This document shows positions 1-8,300 of a DNA stretch of 64,000 bases, piece after piece (within the stretch, counting starts at the first letter, position 1; each line of letters opens with the position of its first letter). The stretch lies in IMG/VR virus record IMGVR_UViG_3300042891_002054; one strand, given 5' to 3'. Source of the stretch: a virus (taxonomy: Duplodnaviria > Heunggongvirae > Uroviricota > Caudoviricetes). The translations under genes were made by a program, and so were the position numbers. The notes under the pieces are model-generated. The model did no database searches and had not been told where the DNA came from. It saw nothing but the letters and a program-made list of their open reading frames with translations.

Positions 1-254
1 TTTGGACCGCCTGGAGTTAAAAATGGTTTATTTAATTTAACTCGTTTACCATTTTTTTCAGCTTCTTCGTCAAGTTCTTGCCAATCTTCATACAATTCAG
101 TGCCAGTAACTTCAAAAATTTCTTCAACTTCTTCAGGTATGCAATTAGGAACCATTTTTGACCCTTTTTTCTTCATACCTAACATTTTATAATTTTTCCA
201 GCATGGTGATTTATCTTCAACAATATCATCCATAAATTGTTTAAACGATTTCAT
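1..254 (-). CDS. T4-like putative head/internal protein, runs off the left edge (not in ORF track)
   Basis: Manual translation MKSFKQFMDDIVEDKSPCWKNYKMLGMKKKGSKMVPNCIPEE...KVKLNKP-like KRVKLNKPFLTPGGPK; GGAG RBS upstream; the CW..Y...GMKKKG..VPNC motif recurs in T4-like phage proteins. Confidence 0.7.
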   Translation of the reverse strand, partial: MKSFKQFMDDIVEDKSPCWKNYKMLGMKKKGSKMVPNCIPEEVEEIFEVTGTELYEDWQELDEEAEKNGKRVKLNKPFLTPGGP

Positions 255-263
255 TAATACTCC

Positions 264-479
264 TTAACTAAACCAATTATAGATACCAACTGCATCTATA
301 ATACAAAAGAAAATATATCGCACTTTTAACGAATATATATTTTTATTAAACGCATTTAATAGACAAGAACCATGCCCCAACATAAAAAATATAAATGCAT
401 ATTTACTATAAGGTTCAACATTTGTTGCAATCAAAGTTCCTGCAACCAAAAAATTAACAGTTCCGATCCAATTTAACAT
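264..479 (-). CDS. small membrane hypothetical protein
   Basis: 71-aa ORF with hydrophobic segments, abutting its neighbours. Confidence 0.55.
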   Translation of the reverse strand: MLNWIGTVNFLVAGTLIATNVEPYSKYAFIFFMLGHGSCLLNAFNKNIYSLKVRYIFFCIIDAVGIYNWFS

Positions 480-718
480 TACTTATTTAACACCCAATCT
501 TCAGCTACTTTTTTTGCTGATTCTAAATTATCATATCTAGTTCTAGCTTCAATACCACGTTGACTAAATAAATCAACGATATAAATTCCGTTTTTTTCTC
601 TAACCATAGAATGGTTAGATCCTTGCTTAAACTCATGAACGAGTTTCACTTCATTGGTATTAAACACTGCAACCCCTTCATGGTAATCTTCAACTGATTG
701 TATCATATTATGCCTCAA
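479..718 (-). CDS. hypothetical protein
   Basis: 79-aa ORF directly downstream of a consensus sigma70 promoter; C-terminal AKKVAEDWVL. Confidence 0.6.
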   Translation of the reverse strand: MRHNMIQSVEDYHEGVAVFNTNEVKLVHEFKQGSNHSMVREKNGIYIVDLFSQRGIEARTRYDNLESAKKVAEDWVLNK

Positions 719-738
719 ATTTTAGTTTCCTCTTATTT

Positions 739-767
739 ATTATACCGTATAAGTTCGATGTAGTCAA
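739..767 (-). promoter_or_regulatory. sigma70-type early promoter
   Basis: (GC)TTGACT-17 nt-TATAAT on the minus strand. Confidence 0.8.
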
Positions 768-806
768 GCTATTTTTACTAAATACAAATAAAAATAGGAG
801 ATTTTT

Positions 807-1016
807 ATGGGGAACATAATAGGAAAATTGTTATATGTATTTAAAAGGTTAAGAGAACCAAGTACACATGCATCTCTAGCTGCATTATTTGCTTTAGCAG
901 GTCAACAAATCCCTGATGAACAATGGAATACAGCAATGAACGGTGCTGCTGTTGTATTCGGTATCCTTGGAGTATTTTTTAAAGAAACTGCACCAGAAAC
1001 TGATATTAAATTTTAA
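807..1016 (+). CDS. putative holin (two TM segments)
   Basis: 69 aa, RLREPSTHASLAALF followed by a second hydrophobic helix and a charged C-terminus; AGGAG RBS; ACTAAATA late-like promoter at 777-784. Confidence 0.5.
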   Translation: MGNIIGKLLYVFKRLREPSTHASLAALFALAGQQIPDEQWNTAMNGAAVVFGILGVFFKETAPETDIKF

Positions 1017-1036
1017 ATAACCAAAAGGAGTATGAA

Positions 1037-1333
1037 ATGAATTTTTTAACAAATATTTTATCAAAAATTAAAATGGGATTTGTTGGACTCGGTAAATTTG
1101 CGCCATTTTTAACAAAAGCCGCAACAACTGTAGAAATTATAACAGGAAATGAAGAATTAGTTCCTTTAACTGAAAAAGCTGGAGCTGCAGCGGCTAAAAT
1201 AGGACAAGAATTAGCTGACACAGATAATGTTGTTGGAGTTGTAGCTGAAGCATTAGGTGAAGTAGCAGAATCTGAAGGATCCACATCAGTTGCAAAAGTT
1301 GCTAAAAACGTTGCAAAAGCTGCGAAAAAATAA
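1037..1333 (+). CDS. Ala/Lys-rich hypothetical protein
   Basis: 98-aa ORF with AAGGAG RBS, co-oriented with the holin candidate. Confidence 0.6.
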   Translation: MNFLTNILSKIKMGFVGLGKFAPFLTKAATTVEIITGNEELVPLTEKAGAAAAKIGQELADTDNVVGVVAEALGEVAESEGSTSVAKVAKNVAKAAKK

Positions 1334-1533
1334 TGAGTAATTTTGGGAAAAAATACAGAAAAAATCCTACAAAGAAATTTTATCGAGATCGATATTCTGC
1401 ATTTAACCCAAGAAAACAAAGAACAAAATCGAGCACAACTCGATCAACAAGAAAAGAGAAGCCAGTAGAAATAACTGTAAATCAGTTTCTTTTCTGGCTT
1501 CTTATATTAGGATTAGGATATATCTTTAATTAA
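1333..1533 (+). CDS. basic protein with C-terminal TM anchor
   Basis: 66 aa, K/R-rich N-terminus, FLFWLLILGLGYIF; coupled to the previous stop (TAATG). Confidence 0.55.
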   Translation: MSNFGKKYRKNPTKKFYRDRYSAFNPRKQRTKSSTTRSTRKEKPVEITVNQFLFWLLILGLGYIFN

Positions 1534-1683
1534 TTATTTGTGTTTAGTTCCACAAACAGTACAAGAATAACCTTTTTTAGCGTCTTGATTCATTACTCTC
1601 ATACCTTTTCCATACTGTTTATCCTGGAATTCAGCAGCAGGAGTTCCTGAACAACTACATTTTTTAACTTCAACACCACTCAT
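1534..1683 (-). CDS. 49-aa Cys4 zinc-ribbon-like microprotein (not in ORF track)
   Basis: MSGVEVKKCSCSGTPAAEFQDKQYGKGMRVMNQDAKKGYSCTVCGTKHK; GAGG RBS; coupled to the upstream ORF. Confidence 0.65.
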   Translation of the reverse strand: MSGVEVKKCSCSGTPAAEFQDKQYGKGMRVMNQDAKKGYSCTVCGTKHK

Positions 1684-1865
1684 TATACACCTCTTTTAAC
1701 ATTGTATTTAATACGATTTTCAATTTTATGTTTTTGCTTTTTTGAACTAGCTTTTTCAGCCATTTCACGCAATGTTGCAGTAGAATAATTACCTAATCTT
1801 GGTCGCTCATTCTTGGTTTTCATTGGATTTGCTTTTCTACTTGCTTTTGAAATTGTTGCCATCAT
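1683..1865 (-). CDS. basic hypothetical protein
   Basis: 60-aa ORF in a tightly packed minus-strand run; KTKNERPRLG motif. Confidence 0.55.
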   Translation of the reverse strand: MMATISKASRKANPMKTKNERPRLGNYSTATLREMAEKASSKKQKHKIENRIKYNVKRGV

Positions 1866-1868
1866 TCC

Positions 1869-2132
1869 TCACTTTTTATATTTCCATGGTTTAATAACTA
1901 CCCTAAAATAATTTTTAGGGTGCCATATGTCAACGATAAACCTAAATCTCCTATGCGTAGCAAATCTAGTTAATTTATCTTCAATTTTATATATTTGTTG
2001 CTCAAATAATGCTAAATCGAATCCAAAGGGTTCAAATTCAACATCAGGAAATGGATATTCCTGGATAACTTTATGTGAATTTAAAGTACCATATTCCCGT
2101 TCTAATACTTCTACCCAATAAATCGGTTTCAT
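1869..2132 (-). CDS. hypothetical protein
   Basis: 87-aa ORF overlapping the upstream stop (ATGA-type coupling). Confidence 0.55.
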   Translation of the reverse strand: MKPIYWVEVLEREYGTLNSHKVIQEYPFPDVEFEPFGFDLALFEQQIYKIEDKLTRFATHRRFRFIVDIWHPKNYFRVVIKPWKYKK

Positions 2133-2497
2133 AATTTATTAACAATAAATGCTTTATTTTGCGGATAATATTCTAGAGTTCTTGGATTCATAATAATACG
2201 TTTTACTTCATAATTATCATGCAAAAATTCTTTTAATTTACCAAAAATAGTTTTTTTGGAACCGCAATCACCAACATTTGTTTGGATAGCTTTACAAAAA
2301 CGTTTTACATCATCTCGACATAAAATAATTGATTGGTTATCTGTTACAACCGTATTAATTACAAATTTAAAATTTAAAAATGCTTCATCAACATCTTTAT
2401 AATTAGTAATAACCATCCAATTATCCAGATATTTCATACCAATTGCGCGACCATCTTCCATAATTTGCGATACTTCTACAAATTTAATTTTACACAT
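2129..2497 (-). CDS. hypothetical protein
   Basis: 122-aa ORF, AAGGTG RBS, directly downstream of the promoter at 2529-2557. Confidence 0.6.
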   Translation of the reverse strand: MCKIKFVEVSQIMEDGRAIGMKYLDNWMVITNYKDVDEAFLNFKFVINTVVTDNQSIILCRDDVKRFCKAIQTNVGDCGSKKTIFGKLKEFLHDNYEVKRIIMNPRTLEYYPQNKAFIVNKL

Positions 2498-2528
2498 CAG
2501 TTTTCACCTTTTTTATTAACATAACAAT

Positions 2529-2557
2529 AGTTTAACCTAATTCGTACTATTCGTCAA
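2529..2557 (-). promoter_or_regulatory. sigma70-type promoter with TTAGGT element
   Basis: GC-TTGACG-17 nt (ending TTAGGT)-TAAACT. Confidence 0.7.
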
Positions 2558-2804
2558 GCATTTTTTTAATAATTTCTACACAATGATCAGCGCCTTCGCT
2601 TGTACCTAACACCCAAGGATCATCACGTACAGTTTGACTCGTACTGGATTTATATTTTCTATACTGACTCTCAGCATACCGTTCCATTTCTTTTGTTAAC
2701 CCAGCAGCAAATGCTCGAATTAAACTTTCCGCTTTAATTTTATCTGATGGAATATATTCTTCTATTAACTTATCAATTTGTTTGTTCATCGATTTCCTGA
2801 TCAT
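2547..2804 (-). CDS. hypothetical protein
   Basis: 85-aa ORF (true start possibly the second Met) in the minus-strand run. Confidence 0.55.
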   Translation of the reverse strand: MIRKSMNKQIDKLIEEYIPSDKIKAESLIRAFAAGLTKEMERYAESQYRKYKSSTSQTVRDDPWVLGTSEGADHCVEIIKKMLDE

Positions 2805-3150
2805 GTACAGTTTTAACTAAATCTTGAAACATAGCATTTACAGTTTGAAATGATGTTGCAGTCTTTTTACATATAGTACCAAAAAAACCCATTTTAATTA
2901 AATTAGATGAATAATGCCAAGGATTACCTAAAATAGCTTCAAACATATCAGGTTCAACAATATCACCATCAACAGTTTCTCTATATGTTATAATATGATA
3001 CTTATAACCAAGAGATTCATGCATCTCAACTGGAGGAGAAGGATCTTTATAGGTAAAGGCAGAAATATCTAACATTTCGTCATTATCCAATAAAAAAATA
3101 AATCCATCATGCTCTTCTTCTTTATAAATGTCTTTTAAATAATTTATCAA
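2773..3150 (-). CDS. hypothetical protein
   Basis: 125-aa ORF, AAGGA RBS. Confidence 0.6.
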   Translation of the reverse strand: MINYLKDIYKEEEHDGFIFLLDNDEMLDISAFTYKDPSPPVEMHESLGYKYHIITYRETVDGDIVEPDMFEAILGNPWHYSSNLIKMGFFGTICKKTATSFQTVNAMFQDLVKTVHDQEIDEQTN

Positions 3151-3159
3151 TTCTTTTCC

Positions 3160-3348
3160 TTATCGAGCTGTATTCAATTTACAAAAATATTTAGTATTAA
3201 CATCTTTGTCATAATATTTTAGCCCTGCAATAGTTTCTTCTGCTATTGCCTGACAAACGTGTTCAGTTTCAATCTTATCTTGAATTTTAACATCTAATGC
3301 ATGATTAAATTGCGATTTAAGGGATATAATTAATACTAATATGTACAT
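3160..3348 (-). CDS. hypothetical protein
   Basis: Start re-placed at MYILVL (3348), because the longer track ORF is antisense to the HNH gene start. Confidence 0.4.
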   Translation of the reverse strand: MYILVLIISLKSQFNHALDVKIQDKIETEHVCQAIAEETIAGLKYYDKDVNTKYFCKLNTAR

Positions 3349-3360
3349 AAAAAATAATAT

Positions 3361-3684
3361 ATGAATTGTAGAATAAAACCACCAGAAACTCGGGAAATTT
3401 ATCAACGACTTAAACAGTCAGCTAAACGTAGAAAAATAGAATTTACGTTAACAATTCCAGAGTTAAATAATTTAAGTTTTCCTATAACATGTCCTGTGTT
3501 GGGAATACCTTTAAAATGGCATCGTGGAGCAGCACAAGACGATAGTTATAGTTTCGATAGAATAGATAGCTCGAAAGGATATGAAATAGATAACATAGAA
3601 ATTATTTCAGTCAAAGCCAATCGAGCTAAAAATGATCTCACAGATAAAGAGATACAATTATTTTGTAATTATTATAAAAATTAA
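3361..3684 (+). CDS. HNH-type endonuclease-like protein
   Basis: CPVLGIPL...SFDRIDSSKGYEIDNIEIISVKANRAKND matches the phage HNH-like DR-ID-S-KGY-x-DN-x-AN pattern. Confidence 0.75.
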   Translation: MNCRIKPPETREIYQRLKQSAKRRKIEFTLTIPELNNLSFPITCPVLGIPLKWHRGAAQDDSYSFDRIDSSKGYEIDNIEIISVKANRAKNDLTDKEIQLFCNYYKN

Positions 3685-3833
3685 TAATAATCGCGATCAA
3701 AATCGGACGCAAATTCAAGAGCAATATCGCGCAGTTTTTCCACTAAAGAATCATCTACAGTACCAAATATATCAGCAACATTATCTATAATATCACCAAT
3801 TGTTTCTTCTAATTCAATGTCATTAAAATTCAT
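3681..3833 (-). CDS. 50-aa highly acidic protein (not in ORF track)
   Basis: MNFNDIELEETIGDIIDNVADIFGTVDDSLVEKLRDIALEFASDFDRDYY; start overlaps the rnh stop; GGAG upstream. Confidence 0.6.
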   Translation of the reverse strand: MNFNDIELEETIGDIIDNVADIFGTVDDSLVEKLRDIALEFASDFDRDYY

Positions 3834-4674
3834 CAATACACTCCAATAATCTATTTAACCTTTTTTCAATAAAATACTTCATTACCAATTGTTTAGAACC
3901 AGTTTGGTCAGATTCCAATTCCTCAACAATTTTATCTTTAATATCCTGTGGGGTCATAGTCAAATCAATTAACAATTTATTGCGTTGAATGTTTCTATAA
4001 AACTCAATATCAGGATTATTAAAATCTTGCGATAACAATTCAGCTTTTTTCTTAGCCGTTAATGGCTTTTGCCTGATACCTTCCACCAAAACATTATCAT
4101 TAGACAAACAAGAAGGGATACCATCTCCACTATCACCTGTTAAGATTTTTTCTTTTAATTCTAATTCTGGATTAGGCGAAGTAACATATATTCCCAACAT
4201 AGGATTATACTGTTTAACATTACCATATTTGTGTAATTGCTTAAAGTCTCCATCAGAACTAGCAATCAAAACATTACCGTGAGCAGATAATCTAGGAACA
4301 AGAGTACCAATAATATCGTCAGCCTCAGCTCTATCAACTAAAATAACTTTATATGGAAAAATATTAATTAAATCAGTACGAACTTCATCCAAAACTTCAA
4401 AAATTAAAGTCCAATCTAGTGTTGATTTTTCGCGAGCTTTTTTTCTACCTGCTTTGTAGAAAGGAAATACTTCTTTTCTCCAATATTTTCTAGAATCTGC
4501 TGCGATAATTACGTTAGGATAATCTCGTTTAAATTTGTAGACAATAGCTCTAATTGAATTAAGAACTAAATGTCTACATAAATCTTTATTCAAAACATTT
4601 ATTTTGTTAGATTTAACTTGAGATTGTAATCCACTAATCACAACCTGATTTAAATCTATAATTAAATAATTCAT
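3823..4674 (-). CDS. rnh: T4-like RNase H / 5'-3' exonuclease
   Basis: LIIDLNQ, IIAADS..YWRK...YKAGR, EADDIIG, SSDGDFKQL, GDSGDGIP motifs; start re-placed at MNYLII (4674). Confidence 0.95.
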   Translation of the reverse strand: MNYLIIDLNQVVISGLQSQVKSNKINVLNKDLCRHLVLNSIRAIVYKFKRDYPNVIIAADSRKYWRKEVFPFYKAGRKKAREKSTLDWTLIFEVLDEVRTDLINIFPYKVILVDRAEADDIIGTLVPRLSAHGNVLIASSDGDFKQLHKYGNVKQYNPMLGIYVTSPNPELELKEKILTGDSGDGIPSCLSNDNVLVEGIRQKPLTAKKKAELLSQDFNNPDIEFYRNIQRNKLLIDLTMTPQDIKDKIVEELESDQTGSKQLVMKYFIEKRLNRLLECIDEF

Positions 4675-4675
4675 T

Positions 4676-5302
4676 CTATAATTCCTTTTTTGATAAAATA
4701 ATATGTCGTTGTTCATAATCTGGAGGTAATGCGTTACCTCTAATTCTAGTTTCTACACCAAAAGAAGAATCTAAATGTTTATCAACATTCATTTTATTAG
4801 ATTTATGTAATTGCGATCCGTCGTGATAATAAACACGATAACCATCATCTAAAGCTTTATGAGCTAATTTTCTCCACATATTATGCCCAGTTCTATATTG
4901 TGTATCAGAACTTCTTAAAGGTAAATTACTTGATTTAAAATGGTTATAGATAAAATTTGTAGCATATTCTTTCGGTAATCTATTATCTTTTATTCGTTCA
5001 ACCATTGTTTGTTCTTGATGTTTAAACGGTAATTTAGCTGTAGGTTTATGCGTTTCAATATTTGAATAATGTATAATTTCTTTTGATGAATTATCATTGG
5101 TTGAATAATAAATAGTACCATTATTATCAATATGTTTAGTCACATTAACATTTTGATCGCCTGTATCATATTGATAAATAGGATAACTTGAATTAGTTTT
5201 ATACTTCTCAAACCGAAATTCTCTATCATTATTTAATCTCGAATAAGGGTGATTTCCTATATTTCGAGCCATTTCTTCAATAAAATCCCAATAAGATTTC
5301 AT
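4676..5302 (-). CDS. hypothetical protein, paralog of 7116-7733, possible capsid-targeted internal protein
   Basis: Shares PFKHQEQT, NLPL.SS..Q..GHNMW.KL.HKAL..G..VYYHDGS.LHK with 7116-7733; N-terminus MKSYWDFIEE. Confidence 0.75.
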   Translation of the reverse strand: MKSYWDFIEEMARNIGNHPYSRLNNDREFRFEKYKTNSSYPIYQYDTGDQNVNVTKHIDNNGTIYYSTNDNSSKEIIHYSNIETHKPTAKLPFKHQEQTMVERIKDNRLPKEYATNFIYNHFKSSNLPLRSSDTQYRTGHNMWRKLAHKALDDGYRVYYHDGSQLHKSNKMNVDKHLDSSFGVETRIRGNALPPDYEQRHIILSKKEL

Positions 5303-5670
5303 TTTAACTCCAATAAAAGATATTTTTGGTTATCTATAATATTATAGATTTTTATATTAGTCATTTTTTTAGATTTACTATCCCATTCTAATCTTCTACC
5401 ATTATTACATATCCAACCAGATATTTGAGATTTTATCCACATTCTATGCTGAAATAAATCCCATAAATAATAACCTAAATTGTCATCTAAATCTAAAGAA
5501 ATATCTTCAAATACACAATTTTGCATAAATTCAATAAATTCATCAGTTAGGATATCATACCAAGGAATTAAACTTGCTGCTTGATATGTATCCATCCCTG
5601 TAGATACTGTATATTGTTGTTGCATTTTATCCGCACAAAAAGTTAGATACAGATTTAACTTGTAATACAC
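5299..5670 (-). CDS. hypothetical protein
   Basis: Track ORF (start uncertain) ending IIDNQKYLLLELK; coupled to 4676-5302. Confidence 0.55.
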   Translation of the reverse strand: MYYKLNLYLTFCADKMQQQYTVSTGMDTYQAASLIPWYDILTDEFIEFMQNCVFEDISLDLDDNLGYYLWDLFQHRMWIKSQISGWICNNGRRLEWDSKSKKMTNIKIYNIIDNQKYLLLELK

Positions 5671-5815
5671 CTTCCATTGTAACTACACCTTTGACAATTC
5701 TACCAGATGATAATGTATGAACAATAACTTCATTTTCTACACTTTCATTAACAACGATGCTATTAAATCTAGATTTCAATTCTTGTAATTCTTGAGCTGT
5801 AAATTCTGGGATCAT
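5627..5815 (-). CDS. hypothetical protein
   Basis: 62-aa ORF coupled to the gp52 stop; GGAGG RBS. Confidence 0.55.
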   Translation of the reverse strand: MIPEFTAQELQELKSRFNSIVVNESVENEVIVHTLSSGRIVKGVVTMEGVLQVKSVSNFLCG

Positions 5816-7119
5816 AATTCCTCCAATTCTTTTGAATATAATTGTATATTAGTTGTTTTTTCTAATTGTTTTTTCTTAGTATTTAATTCTTTAACCTGAG
5901 TTTCCAATTCTTTTATTCTAGAACCAGTTAAATTCCAAATTTTCATATCTAATAATTTATCAGTAAAGTCATTTTCATCTAAAATTGAAATTAACTCAAG
6001 TTTTGATGCATTTTTAAATAAATTAACATTATCTAAATAAAAATAAATAAATCTAATTCGCTCATTAGAAATTTTAATATCATCGTTTAAAATATCAATT
6101 AACTTAATGATACGTTCAGTATATTTACACAAACGCCAATCAACAAAGTAATCAATAATATCATTAACAGAACTGAATTTTCTTAACTTACCAGTGGGCA
6201 ACCAGCACGTTAAATTTTCAGTAACCGTTGTAGTCAATTTTAACCTATCAAGTAGGGTTTCGTCAAGTAAATTATTTAAAATTCCTCTTTGATAGTACAC
6301 ATCAATATCAAAACTTTCTTCGGTCGAATTATCCTCATAATCTTTGATGGAATCATTTTCTATTAATTTATTTAATTGTTTTTTAATGTCATCAAGATAC
6401 ATACCAACAGGCAATTCAGTAATTTTAATTTGAGTAGCACTAACTCGCTCAATACAACCACTAATTTTATATTTATTTTCCTCTACACGTTCAACTGTAC
6501 CTTTGAATCCGTCAAAATACGGCAGTAAATCATAATATCGAATACCACCTGACATCTTGTTCTTAATGTAGGACGAGAGCTCTCGAGGATCACGAGAGAG
6601 GATCGTAGAAGCAAAACCAGTACCAATACCCTGGGTACTGTTTAAAAGCACTCCTGGCAAGAGTGGCACAAAGAAATTTGGCTCAATCTTATATTCGTCT
6701 TCATATAAATGCTCTAGGATAATATCATCTTCTTTACGGAAATATTGTCTAAAGTTTTTTGATAATTTTGTAAAAATATAACGATGAGCTGCTGGAATTG
6801 GGCTTAATCTAGAACCAAACTGACCAATAGGATCCAACCAATTTAAATTATTAGAGCCTACAAAATCCTGCGCAAGGTTACAAATTACGCCACCAATACC
6901 TGCTTCACCGTGGTGATACTGGGTTTCGTATGCCACGGAAGACGCTAATTGAGCGACTTTCATTTCACTTGTTGTATTTTTCAATAAACAAGTATATAAA
7001 ACTTTACGCTGAGTAATTTTCAAACCATCAATTAAATTTGGTAATGAACGCTCATTATCGTAGTTGGCGTACGGACGATATTGTTCCTGAAATAATCTAT
7101 CGATTGTAATTTGTTTCAT
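5812..7119 (-). CDS. 52: DNA topoisomerase II, gp52 (GyrA/ParC-like) subunit
   Basis: RSLPNLIDGLKITQRK, YHHGEAGI, GQFGSR, PAAHRYIF (catalytic RY), EP.FFVPLLP, GIGTGF. Confidence 0.95.
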   Translation of the reverse strand: MKQITIDRLFQEQYRPYANYDNERSLPNLIDGLKITQRKVLYTCLLKNTTSEMKVAQLASSVAYETQYHHGEAGIGGVICNLAQDFVGSNNLNWLDPIGQFGSRLSPIPAAHRYIFTKLSKNFRQYFRKEDDIILEHLYEDEYKIEPNFFVPLLPGVLLNSTQGIGTGFASTILSRDPRELSSYIKNKMSGGIRYYDLLPYFDGFKGTVERVEENKYKISGCIERVSATQIKITELPVGMYLDDIKKQLNKLIENDSIKDYEDNSTEESFDIDVYYQRGILNNLLDETLLDRLKLTTTVTENLTCWLPTGKLRKFSSVNDIIDYFVDWRLCKYTERIIKLIDILNDDIKISNERIRFIYFYLDNVNLFKNASKLELISILDENDFTDKLLDMKIWNLTGSRIKELETQVKELNTKKKQLEKTTNIQLYSKELEEL

Positions 7120-7733
7120 AGTTTATGTTTAGATATAATTATATGTTTATGTTCGAAATCTAATGGATCAATCAAATTACCAGAAGAATCAAAATTAGTT
7201 CCTGGGTCAAAATATGAATGTAGATGATTTTCTATATTCTCAGATGTAGTTTTATGTAACTTAGATCCATCGTGATAATAAACATGATGACCAGTTTCCA
7301 ATGCTTTATGAGATAATTTCTTCCACATATTATGACCTGATGGGGTTTGGTAAGTTGAAGAAATTAAAGGTAAATTAGAATTATGTAGATGATTTAATGT
7401 TTCATGCAATGCATAATTTTTCGGTAATAATTTTGTAGATATTCTTTCAACAGATGTCTGTTCTTGATGTTTGAATGGAATAAATTTTGTGGGATTATGT
7501 TCATGAAATTCGCTTTTATATAAAGTTTTTCCTGAATCATGATCATTAGTATAATATTTTGTTATATTTTTATTTTTAAAAACATGTTTTTTAACATTAT
7601 TATTTAAATTATCCATAATAGGATAATTTCGACTTTTTTTAAAATGAATTTGTTGATCATGTTTTGTGGCTAAATCCATTTTAACATCACCAACATTTAT
7701 AGACATTTCATGAAATAATTTAAAAGATTTCAT
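7116..7733 (-). CDS. hypothetical protein, paralog of 4676-5302
   Basis: Shared motifs as listed for 4676-5302; N-terminus MKSFKLFHEM. Confidence 0.75.
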   Translation of the reverse strand: MKSFKLFHEMSINVGDVKMDLATKHDQQIHFKKSRNYPIMDNLNNNVKKHVFKNKNITKYYTNDHDSGKTLYKSEFHEHNPTKFIPFKHQEQTSVERISTKLLPKNYALHETLNHLHNSNLPLISSTYQTPSGHNMWKKLSHKALETGHHVYYHDGSKLHKTTSENIENHLHSYFDPGTNFDSSGNLIDPLDFEHKHIIISKHKL

Positions 7734-8017
7734 TTTATCTCCAATAAAATTTTATTTGTTTGTATATCCATAATTTTTAAATATGTTAATTCGGTATCAG
7801 AAAATTCTAAAATAATAGATCTATTATTTAAACATTTATTAAATGATAATACACCATATGATATAAATGGTTTAGAATAAAATTTAAGTTTAAATTTACA
7901 TTTAAATTCTGTTAAATTTAAGATTGAAGAATTTATTTGATCAAATACTGATTCTTGTAAATATTCAAATCTGAATAATAAATTAATTATATCATTTTCA
8001 GTTAATTTTATATTCAT
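7730..8017 (-). CDS. hypothetical protein
   Basis: 95 aa ending IMDIQTNKILLEIK; coupled to both neighbours. Confidence 0.55.
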   Translation of the reverse strand: MNIKLTENDIINLLFRFEYLQESVFDQINSSILNLTEFKCKFKLKFYSKPFISYGVLSFNKCLNNRSIILEFSDTELTYLKIMDIQTNKILLEIK

Positions 8018-8298
8018 AAGTCAAATAAAATTTCAGTATCAATAGAAAATCTAATTGTTCTAGTATTTTCAGAAAAATTATAATTGTATTGGATTTTACC
8101 TACATACCCAGAAAATACAACTCCATCTAATTTCTCTAATAAAACATCAGAAATATAATTTTTTTGATATAATAAATCTTTATTAAGATTTTTAAATCGT
8201 TTACCCATACTTCTAATAAAAGTTTCATCAAACATCCACAAAAACGGAATCAATTCTAATCCATCTAAGGTAGAAAATGGAAAACAATATTTTATCAT
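8014..8298 (-). CDS. hypothetical protein
   Basis: 94-aa ORF between gp39 and the paralog module. Confidence 0.5.
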   Translation of the reverse strand: MIKYCFPFSTLDGLELIPFLWMFDETFIRSMGKRFKNLNKDLLYQKNYISDVLLEKLDGVVFSGYVGKIQYNYNFSENTRTIRFSIDTEILFDL

Positions 8299-8300
8299 AT

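Noticed and set aside
1006-1419. 137-aa minus-strand ORF
   Set aside because: Antisense shadow of 1037-1333, which has the RBS and operon context.
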